The notes under the pieces are model-generated. The model was given only the letters and a program-made list of their open reading frames with translations, was not told where the DNA came from and did no database searches. The position numbers and the translations under genes are program-made. A stretch of 64,000 bases of DNA from Eledone cirrhosa (taxonomy: Eukaryota), in contig OZ024740.1 of assembly GCA_964016885.1 (NCBI GenBank), forward strand, positions 154,256,001 to 154,320,000. Reading direction: 5' to 3'. Positions 1 to 12,627 of the stretch are shown one piece after another (the stretch's first letter is position 1; the number at the start of each line of letters is the position of its first letter).

Positions 1-394
1 GTAAATCCCATAGAGGGAAGGCTTTTCGTGTATCCATTAGTGAATAAATTGAGCGATATAGGTACTATTCATCGTCATCATCGTCAAAATTATCGTAAAC
101 ATCGTCATCCTCAATATTGCCTTCTCTTCCTCCTGCTCCCCCTCCTCATCCTTCTCATTATATTCACAATTCTCTTGTTTTCCTGACTACACCCGGGTAC
201 CTACGTGTGACATTACGATATATGGGCCACATATCCCGTTCTATTTGCAGCTCATCAACAGTCGTAGTATGATTTTCTCTACTGATGCCTTCATCATCAA
301 TCACCTATGATTAATCCTCCCTTGGATCGGTTCCCAAATATTGAATTGTCTGCTGAGAAATTCGAAAATGCAAAAACAAAATTGATTATATTGA

Positions 395-583
395 CCTCAA
401 TAAATATGAAACACAATCGATTATAATCGATTGTGTTTCATATTTTATCGATACCCAGGAGAAGAAAAGATAAAGTCAACCATGGCACGATTTGAACTCG
501 ATTTGAACATAAAAAGGACGTAGCTAAACGCCACCCGACGTATTGTCCGATGCTCTGCCGCTTCTACCAATTCACCACCGCTT
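395..583 (-). mobile_element. Degenerate SINE family A copy
   Basis: Reverse-complement similarity to the family: TTTTATCGAT...AAAGTCAACC...ATTTGAACTC...TGTCCGA...CCAATTCACCACC. Confidence 0.65.
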
Positions 584-681
584 TAAAGTGACTCGTCAGT
601 AGGGAAAGTTATTGTGCAGTAATATATTGCAATCAATTCAATTGATTATATCACATTCCCAGAGATCATTATTTAAAAAAA

Positions 682-1072
682 GGGGTGAATCGGCAGTATC
701 GGTAGAGAGTCGGACGCCATGCTTTCCAGCATAGTTACGTCCCTTTACGATCTGAGTTCAAATCCCGCCGAGGTTAACTTTGCCTTTCATCCTTACGAGG
801 TCGATAAAATAAAGTACCAGTAATGTACTGGTGATTGCTGGCCTTATGCCAAAAGTAGAAACAATTATTTTTAAAAAGGGGGGTGGATTGGCAGTATCGG
901 TAGCGGGTGGGACGCCATGCTTTGCAGCATAGCGTTACGACCCTTTGCGGTCTGAGATCAAATCCCGCCGAGGTTGATTTTGCTTTTCATCCTTACGGGG
1001 TCGATAAAATAAAGCACAACTAATGTACGGTGAAAATATGCTGGCCTTGTGCCCAAATTAGAAATAATTATT
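682..1072 (+). mobile_element. Two tandem copies of a tRNA-derived SINE (SINE family A; 682-869 and 878-1072)
   Basis: A-box-like TGGCAGTATCGGTAGAG and B-box-like GAGTTCAAATCCC, then the conserved core CTTTGCCTTTCATCCTTACGGGGTCGATAAAATAAAGTACCAGT and the tail GCTGGCCTTGTGCC..AAGTAGAAACAATTATT. The same sequence recurs more than 10 times in the window. Confidence 0.9.
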
Positions 1073-2327
1073 CATAAAATATTTCTCTATATGATATTTA
1101 TATAACATCAGGATAAAAATGATTTACGATTTCTTTACCGTTTTGTTTCCTGTTATTATTACTATTATTATCACCATTGTTATTATCATTATTTCTTTGA
1201 CAGTTTTATGCAATTTTCAATTGCAATAGCAGATACACATCGGTACTAAACTGTATGCAAGTATTGGGTATTCATATTTTCTGTGTGAGTCTATGTAAAG
1301 GGTATAGAATACTGTCAATGTACTTCATCGACTTTATATTGTTATTTTGTTTAGCTTGCTGTTTCTGATGTTATTTCAGTGACTGTTTTGTATGCGTAGT
1401 GTATATGTAATGTGAGTTGTGTTATTTTCTTAGATGGTGAATATGTTCTGTAGGTATTGTGTAATCGGTGTTATATATGTCTTGGTCGGGTATGTGATGT
1501 GTAGCTTGTGTAGTAATAATTTGTTACGGTTCTCCAGAATGTTGATTGTGAGAGTTGTTGTGGGTACCGTGTTGAGTTGGGTATCGATTATGTAAGAGAA
1601 TATATTGTGGTATTTTATTACATCTTAATCCTATAGAATGTATGTTGTGAGATTTGTATTACATCATTATTATTGTTGCTGTCATCATCATGATCATCAG
1701 TAGTAGTAGTAGTAGTAGTGGTAGTGGTAGTGGTGGTGGTGGTGGTGGTCGTGGTGGTAGTAGTAGTACTAGTAGTACTAGTAGTAGTAGTAGTGATGGT
1801 GGCCGTCGTCGTCGTCGTAGTAGTAGTAGTAGTAGTTATTTGTTTCTTTTTTATATCTGCCGAAAACCTTTATTGATGTAAAGTTTCTCAATGATTGCCA
1901 ATATATTTCTTGTTTTTACGTTAACGAAACAGGATTACTTGCTATGATCATTCACTGTAATATTACATATAAAAGGTGAAATCAACATTTGTGAATATAC
2001 AAATGTATCATGGAATATCGATTTGTTGCACATGAATAAGTGAAGTGATTTGCTATTTCCTAGCCTGGCTGTTGAACAATCTTAATATCGAATTCTTTAA
2101 TCTAAGCTGAAGACCATTTTTTTTTTTTTTTTTTGTAGCACGTGTAAGGTGCCGGGCAGAAACCAACTAAGATATGGGAAGTTTGTGTCTCATTCTCGTT
2201 ATTGCATTGTGTACGTGGTCTGGAAACTAATCTCTCAAATGACCCCGGTCACCTACCTGCAAATACGTATTTCAACATGGAAAACAACGAACTCAATTCC
2301 AAACAACCACGGCAATATATTTAATTA

Positions 2328-2496
2328 CCGTATTTCCCGGCGCCGAAGACGCTTCGTCCTCGAGAATGCGCCCGAATTTAGACAACCAAAAATTTGAAAA
2401 AAAATTGTAAACAACCTTCGGCCTCCAGGACGCATGGCAGATTTTTTTAGACTTATTTTAGGGGAAAAGTAGCGTCTTCGACGCCGGGAAATACAC
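2328..2496. mobile_element. Tc1/mariner (Tc2/pogo-like) MITE
   Basis: Terminal inverted repeats CCGTATTTCCCGGCGCCGAAGACGC / GCGTCTTCGACGCCGGGAAATACAC, with TA on both sides and no ORF. Confidence 0.8.
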
Positions 2497-4225
2497 TAAT
2501 TCAAGTTCACTTGATAGAAGAGCTGCCTGCAATATACCAGCACCCTAACCAGAGAGAGGTTGATCTCTCCTCATATACATAATGCTACTAAAACCAATAT
2601 AGTTCATATTGGCAATTCAAATATAGTCTAATGAACTGAATCGAGCCCAGTGCTTACAATTCAAATTGGTCAGATCACTTAACTATATGCAAGTGACTGG
2701 AGGTATGAAACAACCACCTCTACTCCAAACAGAGCATTTCATTTGACGAATAATTTGTTAATTTGCTATGCCAGGTTCAGTTTCGCTTGTAGGAAAACCT
2801 ATCTGCAGTAAACACCTGCACCCTATGGAGAGGTAGATTGATCTTTTCTCCAAAGATTAGCGGTAAACATCAATACATATACATAACTGTGATTCTAAAA
2901 AAAATGTACTTTAACTTAATCAGAATATGGTGGTTTAATTCGATTCGAATCGAGCTCTTTAGAGAAGCTCATTTTATCAAACCTAGCAGGATTTTGGTAA
3001 AGGGAACTGGAGAGAGAAAACTAATTAGTACCAGTCATATTTAAGGCTTAATTAAGGGAGGAAGGCCCACCGAAACTAAGACTTCAAGAATTCTTGCATC
3101 ATATTTATTTATGTTATTACGGTTCACAGTTGCATATGTTTAATGGGTCTCATATGAGGTTGTATCATATTCGTTTTTTTGTGTGTGTGTTTTAATTAAA
3201 GCGGCTCAAGTCATATCATGCCACAATGTTTCTGATGACTGGAGGTAATGTTGAGCTCAGTACGCATAGAACCAGAACAGATACCAACAAATTAACAATT
3301 CCGCCAATCTGCTGCCATGGAATTTGTTTATCAAACGTTAAATATATCAGGTTTGCCAGATCAATTTTATAAAAATTGTACATTCACATACATATGCACA
3401 GAGGTGGCAAAGTAATGATTATTTTAGCTGTTATCAAATATCAACCAAGATATAAAAAAAAACTTCGATATGTGATAAATATAACATAAATTGTACATAA
3501 ATTGTAGCGCGTATACAAATAGATATATTTTTTCGTAGTTTGGGGAGAAAAATATAAATATTGGGTGAGGAATGGACCCACAGTTCCACCGCACCTGGCA
3601 CACTCATACACGGATATGTATGTATGCGTGTGCTAGTCTCGGATAAAATATCCTATGGTAATTGATAGTAGATTCTGAGTTCAATCGCTGTTCACGTTCA
3701 CTTAAACTTTCATCCTACCGAGATTGAGATTGATGAAATAAGTAACAGTCCATAAAAACATGTAGTGGGATCCTTGTAATCTACTACGTCCTTCTTCGAC
3801 ATACACTACCAGTTTCGTAAGGGGTAGTTGACAGCGTAAAACATGTTCTGCACGCAAAAATGGCCAAACCGCAAGGTCAGGAGCTTCATAAAGCTTCATA
3901 TTACAACTGACAAGATAATTTCAACAACGTATGTTTTTGCAATGATTTGCCAACGTCTTCAAGTTCTATAGCTTCAGTTGTGTGGTTCGAAAGAGTGGCT
4001 AGTATTACATTTGGCCTTTTGAAGGCTTGTCTAGTTAAAGTGATTGATGCATTCGAAAGTAGTGTAGCAGTATATTTACAGTCCAATGACTGAATCTCGT
4101 AAAGACGAAATAATAGAATAGCAAACACACATATACACACAAATGAGCTTCGTCAATCGATGTTCCTAAGCATAAATACTATAAACTTTTAGCTTATATT
4201 CGCCTTAGCGTCTAAACTGAGTTAC

Positions 4226-4268
4226 CCCCTCTGAAGATGGTTAAAGAACCAGAAACGGTGTCATGAAG
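4226..4268 (+). ncRNA. Degenerate minimal type I hammerhead ribozyme motif
   Basis: CTGAAGA-TGGTT(aaag)AACCA-GAAAC-ggt-GTC. Core, stem II and stem III are intact; helix I pairs poorly. Confidence 0.55.
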
Positions 4269-4395
4269 ATGCTCTCTTGTGGCTGCTTAAAGACTAGTAT
4301 CGAATTAATCACCGTTACTAAAATTGATAGCAAGACTATAAAATGTTTATTTATACGAACATTTTGTATATAATTCAATATGTAACCCCAGTATA

Positions 4396-4432
<37 letters not shown>

Positions 4433-4475
4433 TATATGTGTGCGTGTGTGTATGTATCTACTTAGATATGTATAT

Positions 4476-4542
<67 letters not shown>

Positions 4543-5568
4543 GAGATAGAGAGAGAGAGGGGTGAAAGAAACAAGATTTAGTAGGCATTATCACTTTTTA
4601 ACAAGATTTAACAAGGAAGAAGTAGAAGTGTTCCAAAGGTTCAAAAATTAGATCAGAAGGCGTAGTTTAGTTTATATACCAAATAATTTATTTTTAATTG
4701 GTTTGAACACATGTACTGAGTGTATGCAGCAAGGTTTACTCTGTGAAGATGTCAGTGAAATAAATGTTTTTTAGTAGGCTAAAAATGTAGTGAGACAGGC
4801 ACTAATTTATCCTTACTTACTATCACTATTAAAGTTGGTAAAATTTCGAAAGCAGGTTGTAGGAATGATAATAATGTTTCATCCGTCAGGGATTGGAATA
4901 TTTAGTAAAATAAACTTGACAGATAAATTGTAAATCTGTGAAAGGCCGTCTAACTAACTACTCTCAATGTTAGAGAGAGAAATCAAAACAGTGGGAAGGC
5001 AAGTTACGAGCTGTTGAACTTATCAACGTCCAAACGCAACTCCTTTGTAGTTTCGAAAAAGGCGCCTTCTACTGCTGGGCGGAAGTGGTTATTTGTATTC
5101 ATACGTCACCAACCCTACAGGGCTGGCGAATGACCAAAGACGACTAAATTACACCACAACGATAAAATAGTACTATCATGTCTTACTACAAAGATATTGA
5201 ATTTACGAGTTTCACAGCTTTTTGGACGTTCATATGAAAACATTTTCATCCCAGAAGAGAATTTATAGGAGTTAATTAACTGAGAATTTTCGGTTTTTCT
5301 CCACTATTGGAGAATAATTCTGGTTGCATTGAAATGTTGGCAGATGTATATACAACAACAATATTAATCCTTGGTCTCACTGAATTATGAAATATAAATG
5401 CTCTGCTACTCTAACTATTCGCTACTGAAGAACGAAGGGTAAAAGAGGCATTGAGCTTAACTTATCTTACCAATGAAAATAGTGAACTAACACACTATAA
5501 CCTCATATATATATATATATATATATAAATAATAGGATTTCGCTTCAAGTATAGCTTTATACAATATG

Positions 5569-5780
5569 TATAAATATTTCGTATCTCCAAAGAAATACAG
5601 TTTTAGGAAGCCGTAGCTATGCAAACACTCGGGGGCTAACGCCCTCTGGTGATGTCCAGCAGAAACGGTTGTCCCCCTCCTTGCTTCTGCTGGACATCAC
5701 CAGAAGCCGTTAGCCTCCCGGTGTTTGCATAGCTACGGCTTCCTAAAACTGTATTTCTTTGGAGATACGAAATATTTATA
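5569..5780. repeat. Long fold-back inverted repeat (about 96 bp arms, about 20 bp spacer) between (TA)n and (TG)n
   Basis: 5569-5664 is the near-perfect reverse complement of 5685-5780. Confidence 0.92.
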
Positions 5781-6584
5781 TGTGTGTGTGTGTGTGTGTG
5801 TTTTATGTATAATCAGTCATAAAAACAATTAAATATTAGCTGAGTCCTTAATACACCAGTAGAGTATAGAATATATATTTACAATATGAGGTGTGTGTGT
5901 GTGTGTGTTTGTGTGCGTGTGTGGTATATGTGTGTGTGTCCGTGTGTCTATGTGTGTAAATCATAATACCTCATAGAAAAGGGGGCGGTGAAGAAGTGTT
6001 TCGCCTTAGTCACAACAGCACTCGACTTCTTTGGAAGAAAGAGGTATGTGCTGGGCTGAGAGAGGGGGGGGGGGGTTAGCTAAAGACGGTTCAAAAAGTA
6101 AATTGTGTGTCAACTGTATGTCAACTTGTAGACAGTCTTTGTGATCTTAAACACACTCGTTGCCACTGAAAACATTCATACTTTGGTCATTACGATCAGA
6201 AAGCTTCCAAGCCAAGTCAATAATGAGCGTTTGATTTCATTTAATTATTTATTTGGTTATTCTTTTATTTATTCATTTATTTCTTTATTCATTGTGTGAT
6301 TAATTTTGTGGGTTTACTTACATTCGTGTGAAGGAGCAATAAATTAAGCCTTCATCGGACCACATACAAAGTTTTTGTATCAGTTTTCAATTTGAATATA
6401 CAGCAACAACAACAACGTCCGCGACAACCATAATGTCAACAGTAACAACGGTGGGGGTTATATCCCTTTGATTATTCACGGAAGAAATTGTGACTTAATT
6501 ACAAGTGAAATTCACATGAAAGCGAGACATATCGGGGTGGGGAATGGAAAGTCTACCTTCAATATGAAACTAAGAGCTTTTTGT

Positions 6585-6920
6585 TAATGTTGTTCAGCCT
6601 CTGGTCAGCCGTCATAGCGCAAACGTTTGATCAAAGAGGTTCCAGCCGTGACTATCCTGTCGTTTTTTTTCTTTGTCTGACCGTCTATCTAAAACTACAT
6701 TGTCTCTATCTTTTAGAATCTAAAATTTAGATTATGGATGAGTGATTTGAGGGTAATTTACAAGCTATCACTAACACTTAGAATCCTTCTCACTAAAGGA
6801 AACTACCTTGTTTCCGAGTTTAGGAATAGGTTGTTCTTATTGGTGTTTAATCCCGGGTCTGCCATAATCGAACAGACATATATCAAATGCATTCCAACCA
6901 TGACTATCCCGTCTTTTTTA
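6585..6920 (+). repeat. Two copies of a dispersed interspersed repeat (further copies near 9785, 11715, 33655, and 30690 on minus)
   Basis: Recurrent approximate motif GTTGTTTAGCCCC.GGTCAGC.CTGAT..AGCAGACCTATGATCAAAGGCATTCCAGCCGTGACCATCCCGTCT. Confidence 0.65.
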
Positions 6921-7268
6921 TTAGGTGTCTTCATTGTATAATGTTCTTATTTAAGGTGATATTTGATGTAAATTTGTCCACTATTTCTTGCAGGTCTTGT
7001 GACTGTATAGAAGCTACATCGGTGGATCAGTGAAGAATATATCTATGAAACTATTCTTTTCAAGCCAATGACGCGGCCTCTCCTGGGTCAATTGAACTGC
7101 TATAATTCCATCCATACATACATACATACATACAGTAATCAACACATAATGTGGTAGTTGATTAGTTATATCAACAGTTTGATTTAACTCCTCAAGACAA
7201 GCACTTGATGATTTAGACGTGTTTCCTTCCTGAAACCGCTGGTAGTGTGGGGTTAACCAAAACTGTTA

Positions 7269-7289
<21 letters not shown>

Positions 7290-7299
<10 letters not shown>

Positions 7300-7885
7300 A
7301 AAATGAGATAAATATCTCACTGAATACTAAGTACCCATAGAGATATATAGGGTGTCTATAATATAATTGTTGTTCTATGATACTAATTCGAGATACCAGA
7401 ACTATAAAAATTGATGAGCAAAACAAACAAACATTAAACAATCCTTTAAATAAATTAAAAAATGATTTAAATATCTACCCGTTCATAATGCTATTACCGG
7501 CGGTTTCCATCTACAAAAGATTGGAAATTCAGTGAATTTCCAACGGAAAGTAGATTTCATCAGATAGCTATTTCCTTTCTATAGGACATACGTCCCACGG
7601 TCCGCAAATATAATGCCAACTACCAGCTCGTATGAGTTATGGCCGTTAAAGTGACCCACACGTGACCCGGCCGCTAGTGCAAGCGGGAATATTACAGACT
7701 TGTTGATGGCTTGGCTGCTAAAAAAATAGCAGTAAGCAACAACGAAATTTTTCTCTACATAGATTGGAGAATATATAAAAATGAGGTAAATATCTCACTG
7801 AGTACTAAGTACCCATAGAGATATATAGGGTGTCTATAATATAATTGTTGTTCTATGGTACTAATTCGAGATACCAGAACTATAT
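7290..7885 (-). mobile_element. Non-coding hammerhead-bearing element with about 112 bp terminal direct repeats in (TA)n (retrozyme/Penelope pLTR-like)
   Basis: 7293-7405 is repeated at 7770-7883 (period about 477 bp). Internal hammerhead; (TA)n on both flanks. Confidence 0.75.
7490..7568 (-). ncRNA. Type I hammerhead ribozyme
   Basis: Minus strand reads GCUAU-CUGAUGA-a-AUCUAC...GUAGAU-g-GAAAC-C(gcc)G-GUA-AUAGC: helix I 5 bp, extended stem II, GUA cleavage triplet. Confidence 0.85.
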
Positions 7886-8234
7886 ATATATATATATATA
7901 TATACATTATGAAGAGAGAAGAAACATTTAGATATAATTAGTAATAAAATGTATCATACCTAAACTGCTCCTAGATTCCTCGACTACGTAGTTTCGTGGC
8001 ATAAACAAAAACAATACATCATAAAGATATAGAGTCCTTGCGAGGTCTGCCGACTTATCAAGAGGATACCTCATTTTACTAGTCTCAAGAACGCGTCTAC
8101 ACGACGTGAGAAAGAATCCCAAAAGGCGGAGGGGGAGATAGTCACGCGATATAACGGTCGAGAAACAGATATATATATATATATATGTTATGGAATACTG
8201 TTAGCTTCTCGCTACAACAATTTCTATACTTTTC

Positions 8235-8280
<46 letters not shown>

Positions 8281-8981
8281 AGAAAGAGAGAGAGGAGAGG
8301 AGAGACATGCTTTCGTGGCGTTTCTCTCTACCAAATACCACTCACAAGACCTAGATCGATCTGAAACTATAAAAATGATTCTTACCCAAGATGCCATACA
8401 GCGGGATCGAACGTGGTGGCAAAGTGAACTATTTAACCACACAGCTATGCCTTAAAAATAAAAATAAAAAATAAGAAGAAACGAGATGATTGAAGGTGTG
8501 AATTATTGGCCAACATCAACCTCATTGTTAGTGTTTTGTTCACAAACGAGATGGGAATTGTTATTTATCACTGTTGCTTCTGGCACATCTACGACCATTA
8601 ATATTTCAAAATTAATATTTTTTGTCTGCTGTTGTTTTTTTTTGTTTTGTTTTGTTTTTTGTTGAGTGTTTGCTTTGCTTCATCTTTTTTTAAATATTTT
8701 TTCGTTCACTCGTTTTTTTTTATTTTTATTTTTTTATTTTTTATTTTTTATTTTTTATTTTTTATTTTTTAAGTTACTTAGAGAAAAATTGAAAGTGTCT
8801 GTCGGCTAAAGTGGGCGCTAAGGAGGGTACGGGACAGTTAACATGGAACTACATTTTAGTGGGAGAACTACTCACCCCAAGTTCTAGTTCTTTTATTCCG
8901 TGGTCTTGTATTAATTCTCAAAATATTCAAACTTCGAATCACTCAGCTAAATGTAGAAAGAAAATTGAAAATAGGAGTGAA

Positions 8982-9049
<68 letters not shown>

Positions 9050-9355
9050 CGTAACCCAGTACTGATTATAAAATACGTTAATGATCACTTTGAAATGAGG
9101 CTTATATTTCACATTTTACTGGAGCTTAATTCCAACATCATAAGCCTACATTTTACATCATTCCTGGACTATGTACAAGCTTAGCATGAGCCGGAGTGTC
9201 TGTGATCTTCGCAGAGCCAATAGACGAGTAAGAACGATACTGTTGGCTTTCAAATAGTGAAATATTTTATGCCACGAGGAAGAAGAAACATCTAAGGTTT
9301 TGACTGCTTAATCTTTTTATTGCTCTCTCGGAAAAAGACCTCTATGTATTCATTA

Positions 9356-9443
<88 letters not shown>

Positions 9444-9914
9444 TAGATGAAGGAAAAGCCTCTGAAACATTAGATTTCTTATCTTTCTCGTGGTATGAAG
9501 CATAATCAACTTTTTTAACTATTTGTATTACTTTTTGACTACGTAAAACATTAATTTCCTTGAATTCTACTGCTTTATTGTTGATTTCCAATTTGAGTAT
9601 TTGGTGTCTATCGAAACAAAATGTTTAATTTAGGACGAGGAGGTGTTCCAAATGGTTGCAATCTGAGGTTGGAGGATTGGATGAAATGTTTAGTGCGAAG
9701 ACAAGAAATCATGGCACAACAGAGTGACGTAGGGTGGGTGGGTGAAACAGTGATAGGTGTATTAGATTGTTGTTGTTGCTATGTTGTTCAGTTCCAGGTC
9801 AATCCAGCTCCAGCAGTCCTATGATCAAAGGCATTCTAGCCATAACCACCCAGTCTTTCTGAGGTGGAGTGGGGGTGGGAGGTCAGAATGGGGCCTAAAC
9901 TTACGATCATAATG

Positions 9915-10130
9915 TATGGGCTCGATTCCTGAACTGGCTTGTGTGTTGTGTTCTTGAACAAAATACTTCATTTCACGTTGCTCCATTATACTCAGCTGAA
10001 AATGAAATGGTTTAACCCTGCGATGCACTGGCGTCCTTTCCAGTGGAAGTCTTGCACTCTCAGTCACCTAACACCACTGAAACCAGGATAAGCACCAGCC
10101 TGATGAACTTCCGGGCTCGAAACAGACTTT
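9915..10130 (+). mobile_element. Degenerate tRNA-derived SINE, family B
   Basis: B-box-like GGCTCGATTCC followed by GTGTTGTGTTCTTGAACAAAATACTT. Related copy at 36125. Confidence 0.6.
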
Positions 10131-11286
10131 AATCGGATAGTAGGCAGTGAGTTATTTGAGGACGAATTGACTACTGTTCACAGCCATTTGAGAGGCTACA
10201 GGTAGGCATAAGTTTGAGAAGGGTATACACAGGTGGCTCGTTTAGAGGAGACTGGTACCATTGTATGATATATAGTAGCAATAGAAGGAGAAGACAGAGA
10301 TACTGCGCCTATATAAGTTAATGCTTGAACAGTACAGGTGAGCGAATATTTGCCAATCAATCACAATAGATGTGTGAGAGAGAGAGTAGAGAGAGAGAGT
10401 GCGAAAGAGAGAGAGAAAGAATGAGGGGTAGCCTTGCTCCAAATATACAAGTACAGCTCCAATGTGAGTTGTGCGCTCTCTTTGTGGAATTTTTTGAGTG
10501 ACAACTTCTCACTGATCTATGCTTGGTAAATATGTACACAAGACATAAATAGCTAGACAAAATATTCTTTTATTTTCTTATATTCTTTTACTGGTTTCAA
10601 TTGTTAGAGTGCAGCTATGGTAGGGCATTTCCTTGATTTAGTCGATCTTATAAATTGTCAGTGACCAACTCACAGTTTCTCTCTCTCACTTTAATGGCTA
10701 AAACGGCTTTTCCACGTTATAATTAAAAATTGAATTATACCAAAATATTTATATATGCATATTTATATATTGATGAGGTTATAGAAATTATATTCCCTAT
10801 AATCCCGATTGCACACAATTACTCTCTCAATGAGATATGGTTTGAACGTATATCACGCAAATGTGTCCCAGGGTGCTAACTAAATGTATATTCGCAATAT
10901 GGTGGTTGCTTAAACCTTTCGGTTCAAGTTAGTTTAGTTAGAAGATTAATACAATTATTGATTTTAATGCCGAGGTAACAACTCTGCATCTTACTATGTA
11001 TCGAGTATTTCTTTGATTTGGGGTCATCGCGGTCCCAGTACCGCAGATTATTAATATTTGTATATATATACATATATACACTTATATACATACCTACATA
11101 CTTACATACATAAATGTTATATACATACATATAATTACACACAGACGCACAACACAACCCCTCATACGCACACACTCATGTGTATGTTAGTGTACATGTA
11201 TGTAATTTTAAGCAGGTTCTGTAAACAATCATGAATCAATTGATTGGAAAAACAATTTTCGAAGCAGTTAAGAATCACTTAAGGGG

Positions 11287-11362
<76 letters not shown>

Positions 11363-12099
11363 AATGTGTGTGGTTGTTATTGTTGTTCTTGTTGTGCTTG
11401 TTATTGGTGGTGATGTTGAATTGGCAGTAGTTTTTGTTGTTATTGTTGCTTTTGTTATTGTTTAGTAATGTTTCAAATCAAATACATGAAAAGCGGATAT
11501 TTCAATCAGGTTTAAAAGATGTTTGTCTTGAGAACATGTGCCCGTTGCTTTACCCGCTAAAGTTTTCTATATCTAGCCCCTTTCTTTGTTCATTTGTTAC
11601 ACCTTCACTTTAATATATAAAAGTTAAAGCAAACTAAACAAGCAAAATACGCCTTGGACCTGTCACCAACGAACTGTGTTTATTAAAACAACATGAAGGA
11701 AGTAGTTGCAGTTGCTGTTGTTAGACACCAGATCAGCGCTGATTCTAGATACCTATGATCTGTAGCATTCCATACGTGACCATCCCGTCTTTTTACTGTG
11801 AGCATATTATCCAACGTTTATTATTTTAATTTTAAAGATCCTGTAATGATTGAGCAGAAAATATCAAAAGACAGATTTGTTAATTCAAATGTTTATAGTA
11901 ACTTTACAAGACGACAACTTGTAAAATAAAGCAAAGACTTTAATATGATGCTGTAATAGTTTTGTTTTGTACTTTTCAGGAATGTCTTGCTAATGTGGTT
12001 TCATGTGGTACAGGACGTTAAGATTTAAGGCGGTGTGATTGTAATGAGATTTGGTTGTTATTTCTAATAGGTGCCGTGACAACGATAGGTTCTACTGAA

Positions 12100-12460
12100 A
12101 TTAAAGTTAAAGCAAAATGTAGCACTCATTTAATCCTGAACTCATGTTGAGCGCATAAAGTGCCAGATTAATTGAAGCAATAATAAAACACTGGATTAGA
12201 TGTAAAAACAGTAGAGTGTGAGATTGAATGTAGAAACGATAGAGTATCAGATTAAATATAGGAAATTTGGAGCGCCGGATTAAACGTAGAAGCCTTAGAG
12301 TTCATTATTATATAAAGAAACCAAAGCTTGCCGGATTAAATGGAGAAATCAAATAGTGTCGATTAAATGTATAAAAATATAAAGACTACCCTATTATATG
12401 TAGAAACTCTAGTGTCATATGAAATATAGAAAAGTGCCAGGGTCAATTTAGAAACTCTAA
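12100..12460. repeat. Degenerate 28-bp tandem repeat
   Basis: Units resembling GTGCCGGATTAAATGTAGAAACAATAGA recur with about 28 bp spacing. Confidence 0.65.
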
Positions 12461-12465
12461 TATAT

Positions 12466-12497
<32 letters not shown>

Positions 12498-12510
12498 TAG
12501 AGTTTCTAAT

Positions 12511-12627
<117 letters not shown>

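Noticed and set aside
682-775. Functional tRNA genes at SINE heads, and a tRNA-like fragment near 13660
   Set aside because: A/B boxes are present but there is no complete cloverleaf; the SINE heads continue into SINE bodies.
3702-4140. Two adjacent minus-strand ORFs as a gene
   Set aside because: Separated by a stop and frame change, no recognisable domain and no clear splice sites.
10095-10130. CTGATGA...GAAAC as a hammerhead
   Set aside because: Lies in a SINE tail; stem II, helix III and helix I do not pair.
10768-10825. TTGATGA with stem GGTTATAG/CTATAATC
   Set aside because: Both conserved boxes are non-consensus; cannot be distinguished from chance.
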